DNA from: Camelus ferus
Lineage: Eukaryota
Assembly: GCF_009834535.1 (NCBI RefSeq)
Contig: NC_045696.1
Location: forward strand, 104,906,001 to 104,970,000
Direction of reading: 5' to 3'
DNA: 64,000 nt
The translations under genes and the position numbers were made by a program. Numbering within the stretch: position 1 is the first letter of the stretch; each line of letters begins with the position of its first letter. The notes below the pieces were generated by a model, which did no database searches, was not told the DNA's origin, and was given only the letters and a program-made list of their open reading frames with translations. This document shows, in pieces, positions 1 to 11,663 of the stretch.

Positions 1-2234
1 GGCTCGGGCTACAGTGATTCAGGGATTCCAGGTACACATGGACCTGCCCGCCCACCTGTAGCACAGGCTGGGGACATCTGGAAGACTCAGCTTACTTCTC
101 CAACTGGTCCACTTTGGACAGCATCTCATACTCTTTCCAGTTACAGTTTTGAGTTTGGTGATGATGACAGGTCTGCTCTGCTATTTATGTTTCTGATTAT
201 TTTTAGTGCTTTGCAATTAAATTTTCTGAAATTAAAACTTTAGGCCCAAGCATCATTGTCTGTCACGTACCTGCAGTGTGCTCATAGATGCAGTTTATAC
301 ACATTTGGGTGGCAAAAGCTTCAGGAAAAAAAAAAAAGACATTTCAGTTGCTGGCACCCAAACCCCTTGCTTCCATATCTCCCACCCGCTTCCACGTACT
401 TCTTTCTATTCCCACACTTGGCGACGCCCTCCAGATCCTTGTGAGCCACAACAAAGAGCTGGGAGAAGTAGCGAGGCCCTCGTTCAAAGCCACTGGAACT
501 CTGCTGCCTTTTCCCAGCACCTCAGCAGCTCCCATGGGCTGGGTCCACAGACAGCACAGCCTGCGGACTCTGCCCTCAGCCTCAGGGCCCCGGAGCTGCA
601 GCCCCTTCCAGTGTTCTCCCTCACCCAGAATTAGATTCATCAATTCCCAGCAAGGCTGTGGTTTACCTCCTGACTCCCCAGTATGCTCTACTGAGGCAGC
701 TCCCCTTCTACAGCCGCACCTGGACTGTCCATACACTGGGCAGGCCCTGCTCCCTGGGCCTCCGCCAGGCTGTGCTGCCGTGACAGTCCCCTGGATTTTC
801 TCCCTCCTGCCACATTCACCCATCCCTGTGAGGTCGTGACAGGCACCTCCACGTCCCCATCTCTGGTTCTAACTCCAGGCTGCATTCCCAGTGCCAGCTC
901 TGCTTGTATCCAGAGGCACCTTGGAATTTCGGGCTCATCAGTTTCCCTCTAAAGTGCCTCCTGTCTCCTAACCACCCAGCCTGCAGCCATTCAGTCGCCC
1001 AGGAGAAGCCCGTGGGAGCAAGGGCACTGGCTGTCACTCAGCCTACACCTTCCCCAGCCCTCCTGACTCGCTTGCCCCATCACAGAGGCTGCAGGAGCTG
1101 ACAACCAACCTTTCTCACAGCAGGAAGTGGTCACGAGACACCATTCTGTCCAACGAGTTAGAAACAGACACCTGCTGGGGTCTCTGAGAAAGCTTTTGCT
1201 TTCCTGAAAATACAGACCAATGCACTGGTTACCCCTCCTCCTGTCAGCTTCCCTGTACCCCACCTCCCACCCAACACTGATGTGGCTATGGCAGCCCTGA
1301 GGCCCCGGGGGACAGCAAATATTTGGCCAAGAGCCAAAGGGAGGAAGAGAATGCAAATACCGGGGACACTGGTGGCATGGCCAAGTCGTCCCTCAAGCTC
1401 CAGACAGTGTCTCTCCAAATTGCTTATCCTGAGGGAGAAAGAGAGATTCGCACTGTGTTTTCTGTTGCATCTTCACTAACACACGTAGTTCATTCTTATT
1501 TCTTCTCTCTGCACTTCACTTCTCACTCTCCAAAGATCTCAGTCAATCACTCTCTCCGTTTTTTCTCTCTCTTCCTCCTTCCCATCTTCTTGTCTCTCGT
1601 CATTGTTTCCCAAGCACGTGCTTTTTGAGCACTCACTCTGGCCAGGCTCTGTGCTGTGTACTGGAGAGGCAGCCACATCCTCAGTGCAGGGCGACACACA
1701 GGCCACATGACACCTAGGCTCCCTTGTGCACCTTCTGCAATGCTGAGCCTCGTTGTCTCCTGTCACACGTTCCTCTGCAGTGTCTTCAAGGCCCTCCTGC
1801 ACACCCCCAGCAAAAGCAGCATTTCAGGTTTCCTCCATTGACTTACCGCAATGACCCTCAGCTTTCCCAGAGGCATCTCTGGTCTCACCCTCCTGACTAG
1901 GATGGTTCTGCGCCCTAGAGCTGGGGTCCTCTCCCTCACAGCCCCTGATCTCAAGCCACACCCACAGTCCCTGGTCACCAGAGCTCTGGGCTCTGCACTT
2001 AGACCACCCTCGCCCCAGATACTCAGCCCTCCTGCAGGGACCCTGATGTGAGGGCAGCAGTGGCCAGGGGTTTAGGAAGGGCCAGGGATTACACTCTGGC
2101 ACATCATCCAGAGCCAGACAGTACTGTGGGATTCATCGGAAGGACCCGGCCAGGAGATAATGAGCATTAAGTCAACATACACTCTGTGCTAAACCCTGGG
2201 CCAGGTGGCATCCATCCCCATGTATTGTCTCATT

Positions 2235-2990
2235 TTTTTATTGTTGTTGAAGTATAATTGATTTACAATGTTGTGTTAGTTTCAGGTGTACAGCAAAGTG
2301 ATTCAGATATATATATATTTTTTTCTTTTTCAGATTCTTTTCCATTATAGGCTATGAAAACCTAGTGAATTGTTTCCTGTGCTATACAGTAGGTCCTTGT
2401 TGTTTATCTATTTTATATATAGTAGTGCGTATCTGTTAATTCCAAACTCCCGACTTATCCCTCCTCCTCCTCTTTCTCCTTTGGTAACCATAAGTTTGTC
2501 TTCTATGTCTGTGAGTCTGTTTCTGTTTTGTAAACAAATTCATTTGTATCATTTTTCTTAGATTCCACAAATAAGTGTATGTTTGTCTCTCTCTGTCTGA
2601 CTTACTTCACTTAGTATGACAATCTCTAGGTCCATCCATGTTGCTGCAAATGGGATTATTTCATTCTTTTTTATGGCTGAGTAATATTCAAAAGTCTATA
2701 AATAATAAATATGAGAGAAGGTGTGGAGAAAAAGGAACCCTCCTACACTGTTGGTGGGAATGTAACTTGGTGCAGCCCCTATGGAGAACAGTATGGAGGT
2801 TCCTTAGAAAACTAAAGCTAGACTTCCCATATGATTCAGAAATCCCACTCCTGGGCACATATCCGGAAAAGACAAAAACTCTAATTCAAAAAGATACCTG
2901 CACTGAAATGTTCACAGCAGCACTATTTACAATAGCCAAGACATGGCAACAACCTAAATGTCCACTGATGGATGGATAAAGAAGATGTGG
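2235..2990 (-). mobile_element. Young 5'-truncated L1 with 5' inversion (twin-priming structure)
   Basis: 2235-2689 is an antisense L1 3'UTR/ORF2 end with a T-rich tail. 2690-2990 is the adjacent upstream ORF2 C-terminal sequence in sense orientation ([27 protein letters not shown]). Degenerate TSD tgtattgtctcatt (2221-2234) / tgtattaccccatt (2991-3004). Confidence 0.9.
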
Positions 2991-3799
2991 TGTATTACCC
3001 CATTATAAAGTGCACAATTGGGATAGTTTTACAGAGAATGGATTCCAAGGTTCAGAGAAATTCAGCAGTGGGTCTGAAGTCATACAGCAAACAATGGGTA
3101 GGTCAGTGGTCTGAGGTAAAGAGGAATGGAGGTGAGAGGGCTTGGGGTCTGCAGGTCAAGGTTGCAGGCAGGCATGTCCTGGAGAAGAGGATAGCCCTTC
3201 CCCTGTGTTCTGTCACTGGCTCTGCTGAGACCCCTTCTTAAAACCAAAACACCACAAAATGCCAACAGAGTAGCTGTAACTGACCTGACTCTAACACGAC
3301 TTTGCCTCCAATCAAGGGATTATAGATTCCTGGCAATGTTGAGACCTAATCAGCTGCCATGTTACAAGCACTGTGGCCCCAGCCCAGAGAAGGTCCCTGG
3401 GTTTGTGCAAAAGGGTCTGTGGAAGCAGCCTGCCTGCCAGGGCAGCTCTCGCTCTAACTGGGGGAAGACGGCCCTGGGCAGGTGGGGAGGGGGCCTGGTT
3501 CGCTAAGCTCAGACAACTCCTCTCATTGACACCTCTATAACCTCTGGGACCCACAGGCCACACAGCAGCACCGTGGGGTAAAGACAAAGGGGTTTCCAAA
3601 TCTACACTATAAGAAGCCTTATTTTTTCCAAATTGGTTTATAAACGCCAAAGTGCTTTCATGTCCATCATTTCAGCGGGTCCTCACAACAATCAAGCCAG
3701 CATTGTTTTTCCACTTTTCTACATGAACAGCATCAACAACCACAGAGCAAGGCCCCTGGAGGTCTGACGTGCCGAGGACCGCCCAACAGAGTGCGGTGG

Positions 3800-4200
3800 A
3801 CAGTGGTTAGCAGTCAACTTCGTCTTCCTGTCTTTCCTTCTGGTTTCCTGTGGGACCCAGGGGCCCAGAAGACTCCACCTCCTTGGACACAACAGCTGGT
3901 TCAGGGAAGGGCCGGTGACCCTAGTCAGGCCACTCAGAATCGTCTGTCCGTGTTTGATGGAATATTCAGGATAGCGCAAGATTTACACCTGGGGCAACTG
4001 AGCACCACCACCCTCCGCAGAAGAACACCTGCCAGAGAATGAGGCCAGGTTATGGGAAGGCCAGTCCTAGAAATGGGAAGATGAATTTCTGGGAAGCATC
4101 ACCCAAGATCCAGCCACACAAATCCGGCCATGCCTGAAGCCATCCCAATGCTGGAATTTTCATGGATGTGCATCAATACTTTCGCATCTTAATTAAGACA
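3800..4200 (+). mobile_element. MaLR solo LTR (MLT1-like)
   Basis: Motifs cctgccagagaatgaggcc and gccatgcctgaagccatccc...ctggaattttca resemble MLT1J/K LTRs; boundaries approximate. Confidence 0.55.
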
Positions 4201-4321
4201 AAAGAGTCTCTACGCCAACACAGAGTAAGACGGAGGCTGCCCAACTGGTGGCAGAGCACAGAAATCTCCCAAAAGACAGGCATGAAAATCAAAGAAAAGC
4301 ATTAGACAACCACAGACAGTT

Positions 4322-4620
4322 ACTTTTACTTATTCAACAAACATTTATGGGCCAAGCACCACGCTAATTGATTAGAAAGACAGTGGTGAGCCCAATAGAC
4401 AGGATGCCTGTCTTCAGAGATCTTAATAGGACAGGAGAAGTGCAGACACCAAGAGAGGTCTGCACCGCTGGGGATGGCAGCAGGGATAATACAAAACCAT
4501 TTTGATGGACAGTCAGAAAAGACTTTCTGAGAACGTCACATTTAAATTGAAACTGAAGGACAAACAAATGCAAACCTCATGAAGTAAAGTCTGGGCAGGC
4601 GCGACAGCACAGGTGAAAAC
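4322..4620 (-). mobile_element. L2 3' fragment
   Basis: ttattcaacaaacatttat antisense L2 terminus followed by an L2-like purine-rich body. Confidence 0.6.
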
Positions 4621-4659
4621 CCATTGCTGAGACAGTAATTTCATCACCAGCGACTCGTG

Positions 4660-5200
4660 GATATTGGGGCCTTTTTGTTGGAGAGGGGAGAGAGAAGGGA
4701 ATTCTATGCCTTCTTTTATAATTTGGATGTAAATATATATGAAAATCTTTCCAAAAGAATCGGATAAGTATGCCAAGAAATGTTTACAAGGACCTTTGTT
4801 GCAGCAAATGTTTCTAACAACAGAAGCCTATAATAATTAAAGCTTAGAAATAACAGAAAGTGTCAATATGCCTTACAACTGAAAAATATTTAAAAAGACA
4901 ATGCAAACACACATTTATTGACTTGGAAAGATGTACACAAAATAAGTCGGTCTCCAAGAATATATATAGGAAGATTTCATGTACTGAGTACAAAAAAGGA
5001 ATTCAATAAATATTTATGGAATGAATGGCAAATAAATACATCTGAACAGATAAACATCAAACAAAATATTTGCAGTCATTATTTCTGGGTGATGGAATTT
5101 ATTGGTGATTTTAAATTGCTTTCTATATCTGCTTATCTGAACTAATTTTTTTGTACAGTGAACATGAATTACAGGCACAATAAAAAGGAATAAAAAGAAA
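4660..5200 (+). mobile_element. Old L1 (L1ME-like) 3' end
   Basis: Degenerate gtttgttgcagca...ggaaagatgt...ctgggtgatggaattt...aataaaaa pattern of ancient L1 3' UTRs. Confidence 0.55.
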
Positions 5201-6904
5201 TCTTTCCAAAGCAAGCAATGACTTGGCAAGGTCAGTTTTAAGATCGAGATGTGTAATTAGGAAATGAGACCTTAAGAAAACAGAAAATAATGTGGCTGGA
5301 TAATAGATAAGAAATAGAATAACAGATGCAGGATAATAGGATAAAGGATAATGGGTAAGAAAATATTCCTCCTCTAAACACTGGAGAGAAATAAACCTTT
5401 CTTCAGTGTCATGGCTAGAATTTGTTTAGCAGAAACCCATTCCATATTTCACATTAATTCTGCTATCTGTAACATAGCACATTAGTTAAATAATAAGAAA
5501 AACATTTACACGGATGCAAAAACGAAGTCAACAGGCTTACGTTAGTATGATGCCAACAAAATCACATTAAAAAAAAAAAGTCTATGTAAGCCAACATCTA
5601 AATATTTGGGCAAATCTGCAAAACAAATGCCATTTGGATCAATTTCTGAGGTGACTGATTGCATCATCCATGTTTCTCCCAGATGTTTTAGCAGAATGGA
5701 GAATGCGGCCTTAGACAGCCAAGCCAGTGGCTGGGCAGAATCACAGCCAGCTACACTGTCGCCATCCCTCATAGCACATTCTGGGCAAGTAACACTACCC
5801 ACTCTCTGATGTCCTTTTTGCCGCCAAATTGTAATCCTCTGATTGTTCATATCATTAGGAAAATTCTGTTAACTTTGAAACTCTGGAGGTCCTGATGGAG
5901 GCAAAGCATTGGCTCTGATCCTGGCAGATTTGAAGAAAGCAGACAGCAGGTGTTATGGAGAGCTGGCCAATTAGGGGGGCTCTGAGCCCCAGGGACCCCT
6001 ATAAACTGTAAGAAAAGCTACCTATCTCTTACATGGCTCCCAGGCTCCACAAACTTCTTGGAGTGCCTCACCCACCAAGCTGCACCTCCTCACTCAGCAC
6101 AGCACAGAAGGAGTTCAAAGGAGACCGAAGTTGTCTGGAGAGGCATCCTGCAGGAGCAGGAAGTGAGCTGAGCCTTGGAATACTAGCCATGGGGAAAGGA
6201 TCCCAGGACCGAGGTGACAAGGGCATGGTACACCAGCCACTGCAAAGATCTAGGTTGTAGCTCCTGGGATGGCTAGACAACTCATAGCTGCTCCCTTAAA
6301 GAGGCACAGGACACTCGTGAGGCAAACTCAAGGACCCGGAAAAGAAGAAGGCCATCACCCCACAGAATCATGCCCCCAACACTATTTACCCCATGCTAGA
6401 ACCAGCTGTTTACACGTGATCACTCTCCACTGGAACATGAACTCCTAAAGGTAAGGTCGTATCCTACTAGGCTTGGCATCCGTGAGGCTTACGCAATATC
6501 TGAGCAAGGGTTTCATTCAGTAACTCCTGGCAGTTAAAGAAGTGAGCAGATGAATGCCTCAAATAAAAATTGCATCTCCCCAACGGCTAGGTTCTAAGTT
6601 AGCAGGTGTTATGAAAATTGTGGATGGCCAGGCAGGTACGGCTCTGTATGCAAGTCCTGATGAGCAGAGGGTGAAAGATCTAAGAGGCTGATTGGTCTAT
6701 TTTGGGCAGCCCGAGGAAATGAGCCAGAAGTTGGATAAACCGAAATTCCCTTAAATTGCCCAGATGGTATATAGAACCAGCCAGCATCTTTCCTCTACTC
6801 CTGGACAAGGTCACTGGTTCTTCTGTTGAAAGCCAGAGGATGTGGTTATCTGACTCACAGAGTTACAAGGGTGCACAGTCTTACATATGTGCACACACGT
6901 GCAA

Positions 6905-6924
6905 ACACACACACACACACACAC
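6905..6924. repeat. (CA)n microsatellite
   Basis: About 10 CA units visible directly. Confidence 0.9.
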
Positions 6925-7632
6925 AGGTGCACAAACCCAAGGACACATCCAGCACTGCAAGGTCTCACAACACGGGGAGTACACAGGATCCTAGGCCAGG
7001 ATGAGCTTCCTGCTGCCCCTAGGCCTGCTCCCTCGTGGGCCCACCTGCTCAGAGTGGACAGGTCAAATCGTCAGCATCTTCACAACCGTGAACTTTTTTT
7101 ACAAAATCGCCAGAAGCACAAATAAATGAGGGAGGTGAATTCATACATGATGGGACTCAACTATACTCCTCTACTTGGATTACCATACGCTCAAAAAGAA
7201 CCTGAGATGAGATGGGATGTGATGCGGAAGGGGGAAGGGGGAAGGGGAAAGGCTGCCTCCTGAGATGGCAGCCCTGGCCAGCAGCCCCATGGGCAGCACT
7301 CATGGGCTATGCTCACTATGCCGGCTCCCAGAACACCTGCCTCTCCTCTCCTCTCTGTCCTATTTTCATATCTGTCTAATCACCCCTGGCCGGGCCGACA
7401 CCCAAACTATTCAGTCCCAACTCAGGCCTGGACACATCCAGGTTTTCCTGAATGCTATCTCTTCAGCAAGCCCAACAGCTCAGGGAAACCATCCTGCAAG
7501 ATGAACAAGCCTCCCCCCCAACCACTTCATTTTCAGATCCCTAGGGGGTGAAAAGGCATAGAAGCGTCACCATGAACCAAACAGGAATCAAAAGGCAGGG
7601 GCAGGCAAGGATGTGTAGTTACAGATCACTGC

Positions 7633-7867
7633 CAGTGTCGTGCCAAGCCATCCTGGAGCCAACAGGAAAAGTCCGTGACACTGATCTTACACATTTATTT
7701 AAAATTTTATCTTTTTTTCATCATGGATTTTTGCATTACTCTTGATTTTCTCAAATGTTGCATTGAAATATTTATTTTTATTTCTGAGGTTTTGTGTGTG
7801 TCTCTGTGCCCCCTTAAGTTTTAGCCCTGAGTTGAGTACCTCACTCATTTCCCCCTAGTCCTTACTG
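7633..7867. mobile_element. Non-autonomous hAT DNA transposon (MER96/MER53-like)
   Basis: cagtgtcgtgccaagccat...catcatggatttttgcatta...gcccccttaagttttagccctgag...ccctagtcc matches a recalled consensus. Confidence 0.65.
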
Positions 7868-7869
7868 AT

Positions 7870-8075
7870 AAAGCTACTATTTATTGAGTGTCAGTAGTAG
7901 ACCAGACACTTAAAAATTATATATAAGCTTCACAATACACCTATCACTACTTAGGAACATTCCCATTTGACAAATGGGGAAACAGAGGCACAAAAAATTA
8001 CCAGCATATAAAGTGTCACACACCTGGTAAGAGGTAGTGGGGACACAAATGCAGGAGGCAGTCGACTGGACTGTG
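7870..8075 (-). mobile_element. MIR SINE
   Basis: Antisense MIR core cccatttgacaaatggggaaacagaggcaca. Confidence 0.75.
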
Positions 8076-9216
8076 CTTGATCAGAAAACACCAACCTACT
8101 GTGAAGCCAGAGAGATTTAGAGGAGATCCCATGGTGCCTGCAGAGGTTCAAGATTCTTGGAGACCAACGTTTTCCATGAACATTTGCATAAGGACTAAGG
8201 AAAGGCTACTTAGCGAGACGATTCACATACTGAAGAAAGTCTGGTATTTTTTTTTTTTGAGCTAAGCTTTGAATTTTTCATAAGATTATTTTAGATTTGT
8301 GGGAGGAAGATGATTATAAATTCTGTGGCCAAAAGCATTTTTCCTGCAACTGAAATTTTTCAGAAAGAATAAAACAAAATATCTCACAGGAAAAATGTCT
8401 AATCTGATTTCAAGCCATTGGTCAGCCTTCTTTATCTGCTCACAAATACCACATTCTCATTAACGTCCAGGGAGTCTTGGAAACCCCACTGAGAAACCAT
8501 GAAACCTCCACGTAGATTTTAACTGAGAGCTGCTTTTCTGAGAATGTATATGTTCTATTGAATATCAGTATATCAACTCTGGCTCCTGAGCCCTAAATTT
8601 GCTAATATGAGCAGTAGCGTGAATGAACTTAGATATCGTTAATTCTAGATTAGATCCAACAGACGGTATCGCTCAGACTTAGCTGTCAACAGCAGAGGCT
8701 GTGAGTTACCACCATTCTGGCATGTGGGGGTTGGCACCCCTGCATCTCTGTTTATCATTTCATTTCTTCTGTCATTATTGTTTGTCAGACACCTTGCCAG
8801 TTGGTGATGACATTGGCCAAAGTCCAAAAGTGGAGGGGCAGGGGGACACACATCTTAGGTCAAGATCTACTTCTTCTCCTCCTTCAAACTACGTTAACTT
8901 CTCTCTCATCAGATTTCCTCTAGCACTTCTCAGCACCACACCCCTGAACACATCATTAAATAGTCCCATCTTGTTAGGAACTGAGAAGCCTTTGTCTCCT
9001 CAGGTAGAATGTAGCCGTTCAGCAGCAGGAATTTTGTTTTACTTCCTCGCACAGCACTCGGCGCAGGCATGAGCAGGTAATAGGCTACCAGTTGAAAGGC
9101 TTACTGGGGCCATAAGGAGGCACAAAGGAAGGCAGGGAGGCTCTGTGTGCAAGTCCTGTTGGCCAGAGGGTGAGAGAAGGCCGAGGAGCCTGGCGGACTA
9201 TTTGGGCAGCCAGAGG

Positions 9217-9264
9217 CTGGATTAACACCAAAACCAGATTAACACCAAAACTGGATTAACACCA
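9217..9264. repeat. 17-bp tandem repeat x2.8 (ctggattaacaccaaaa)
   Basis: Units at 9217, 9234 and 9251 seen directly. Confidence 0.9.
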
Positions 9265-10519
9265 GGCAGCAAGGCCAAGGTCATCATAGGGAGAGAACCG
9301 ACAGGAGATACTATGATCAGGGGAACCCACGATCACAACATAAGCTGGGAGGATCCGAAGTGAGGAGGGGGACAAAAAACAGCTCATGCACATGCCTTAG
9401 GACTAAGACCATGCCTGACACGGGGATGCGGGAGGTCGCCCTAAAAGTGGAGGAGTCATGGGACACAGTCCTTCTCACAGCTGCCCTGCCAAGAACTACC
9501 ACCATCCCCAGGGCAGTGTCTGTAGGGCTTAGCTCCTCTACCCTTGGGTTCTGGGTCCCAGTCATGGTGATATCCAGGGCTAGCCCCTGGTTACCATTCT
9601 CTCTTCCTTAGCCTTCTCCAAGGGCCATAGGAGTTGGAGGCAACCAGATGTAATGATACTTATTTGTGAATCAAACTGGTTCCAATGGACCAATAGAAGG
9701 GGTATATAGAAGGGAGAAGAGTTTTAGGTTTCAACACTTCACTCAGCACTCAATAAAAACCACCGAGCTTCCACAAATCACTCCAGTGGGTCTTTTATGA
9801 ATTGGCCAAAGGTCATAACCAAATTATTACAAGAAGCCCTTCATACTCAGTTTTACTTGTATTAGTTGAAGGGGCTAGAAACTAGATCTTCTTGACTAGA
9901 GATTTATTTCTTTTTCCAATTTAGACATCTTCCTCCATCCTGACTCCCAGATGAAAAGCTTCATTATGCTAATGAATTGCTGGAGGGCTATGAAGGCAAG
10001 AAACTTGGACCCTGAGAGGGCCTCAGCCTCAGAGAAAGTCTGTCAAGAAAGATCTCCCAAATAGTTGTAAAGCTTCACCCTCCCTGCTGCCCCTGTGAGT
10101 GGCTCTTGGTGCTGACTGCTAGATGGGATTTCCCTGTTGGGATCCAGATGGCCAGGGGTGGATTTACACAGGCTTTTCCCACATCCTACCTCGTCAGTGT
10201 CTATCCTCCCCTGGAGGGCTCTCCAGATGGTACCCGTCATAAATGGAAATCAAGGCCAGATTAGTCATCTGCTTACACTACGGAAGCCACCTTCCAACTG
10301 ATTGACTACCTCTCTCTTTGTCTTTAATTATGTGAATAAACAAAAGGACTGCATATTAATGAAGGTACTTGTTTAATTAATAAGTATAAGAGAAACTGCA
10401 GCTTCATCCTTGCAGTGAGGAAGACTGCCTGACTCTGGATACCTCAAAGAGGCGCTGAGCATTGGTAGGTGTGTAACATGGGTGTGCACATTTTATTAGA
10501 TTGAAGTCATCATTTTCTC

Positions 10520-10845
10520 ACCCTACATCCCTAACACAAAGAAGAAGGAGCCCTCTCTGGTTGAAAATAATATTAGAGCTTCTACAGCATTTTTATATTC
10601 AATGACCAGCATACAACAAAAAATTACAGGGCATAGGAAGAGGCCAGAAAATTTGACCAATAATCAAGGGAAGAAATAGCATAGAAATAGACTCACATAT
10701 TTTCCCAATATTTGAGTTAGCAGACAAGGACTTGAAAGTAATTGTGATTAACATGTTGAAAAGAGAAGAAAAGAGGAACAAAATGAAAAAATGGAAGACT
10801 GCAGCAGAAGTTGGAATGTGTAAGAAAGAATTTTAAAAGATATTT
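10520..10845 (+). mobile_element. Old L1M 5'/ORF1-region fragment
   Basis: A-rich; ccagcatacaacaaaaaattaca...gagttagcagacaaggactt...attaacatgtt is typical of old L1 ORF1 starts. Confidence 0.6.
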
Positions 10846-10848
10846 TAA

Positions 10849-10885
10849 GGGGGGAGGGTGTAGCTCAGTGGTAGAGTGCATGCCT
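10849..10885 (+). mobile_element. 3'-truncated tRNA-derived SINE head (vic-1-like)
   Basis: ggggggagggtgtagctcagtggtagagtgcatgcct contains the A-box only; the B-box and tail are missing. Confidence 0.7.
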
Positions 10886-11317
10886 GTCTTATCAGCGTGG
10901 AAGACAGAGAGGGATGCAGACTCATAGAGTGGGTTTTCCTGTCTCCCAGGCACAAGGAGAGGGGACAGAATGGGAAAGTGAAGAAGGGAAAGGTAACGTA
11001 GGTCAGGGAAGAGCAAGGTGAGAAACCTTGGCTGCTCTAGCCGAGCAAGCGCCCTCCCTTCCCAGGCCCCAGCAATCACGTGGAAACAGCTCAGCTCTTA
11101 GAGACACTCGGCATTGCCATTATCCAGTGATGACCACTGAGATGGGACAGTCTACAGACCCCACGGAACATGGCTCCTCTGGGCCCTGACACTCTGTTTA
11201 AGTCTCTTTTCTGCCTCCCTCCATTTGGTCAACCCCTGTTTCACAAATCAAGACACAGATAAAATGAGACAATAATTCCAATACTCAGTAACATTATTCA
11301 CAATTGTATTAATTATT

Positions 11318-11663
11318 TTTTGTATATATATATTTTTATTGAAGTATAGTCAGTTTACAATGTTGCGTCAATTTCTGATGCACAGCATACATGAACATAC
11401 ATACATTCGTTTTCATATTCTTTTTCATTGTAAGTGACTACAAGATATTGAACATAGTTCCCTGTGCTATACAGTATGAACTTGTTTCATACTTTAAAAA
11501 AAAGACAAGTGAATTTATTTACAACAAAGAAACAGACTCACAGACATAGAAAACAAACTTGTGGTTACCAGAGGAGGAAAAGGGTGGGAAGGGATAAATT
11601 GGGAGTTCAGGATTTGCAGGTACTAACGACTATATATAAAATAGATAAACAACAAGTTCATAC
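11318..11663 (-). mobile_element. Young L1 3' end with 5' inversion and perfect 13-bp TSD
   Basis: Antisense terminal arm 11318-11487 and sense upstream arm about 11495-11668. TSD tgtattaattatt at 11305-11317 and 11664-11676. Confidence 0.92.

Noticed and set aside
2638..2979. 113-aa ORF with a CWWEC motif; likewise the ORFs at 41787-42131 and 31309-31521
   Set aside because: Fragments of the L1 ORF2 C-terminus within truncated insertions, not host genes.
9217..9264. Short direct repeats as a CRISPR-like array
   Set aside because: Contiguous 17-bp units without spacers in mammalian DNA; no cas genes.
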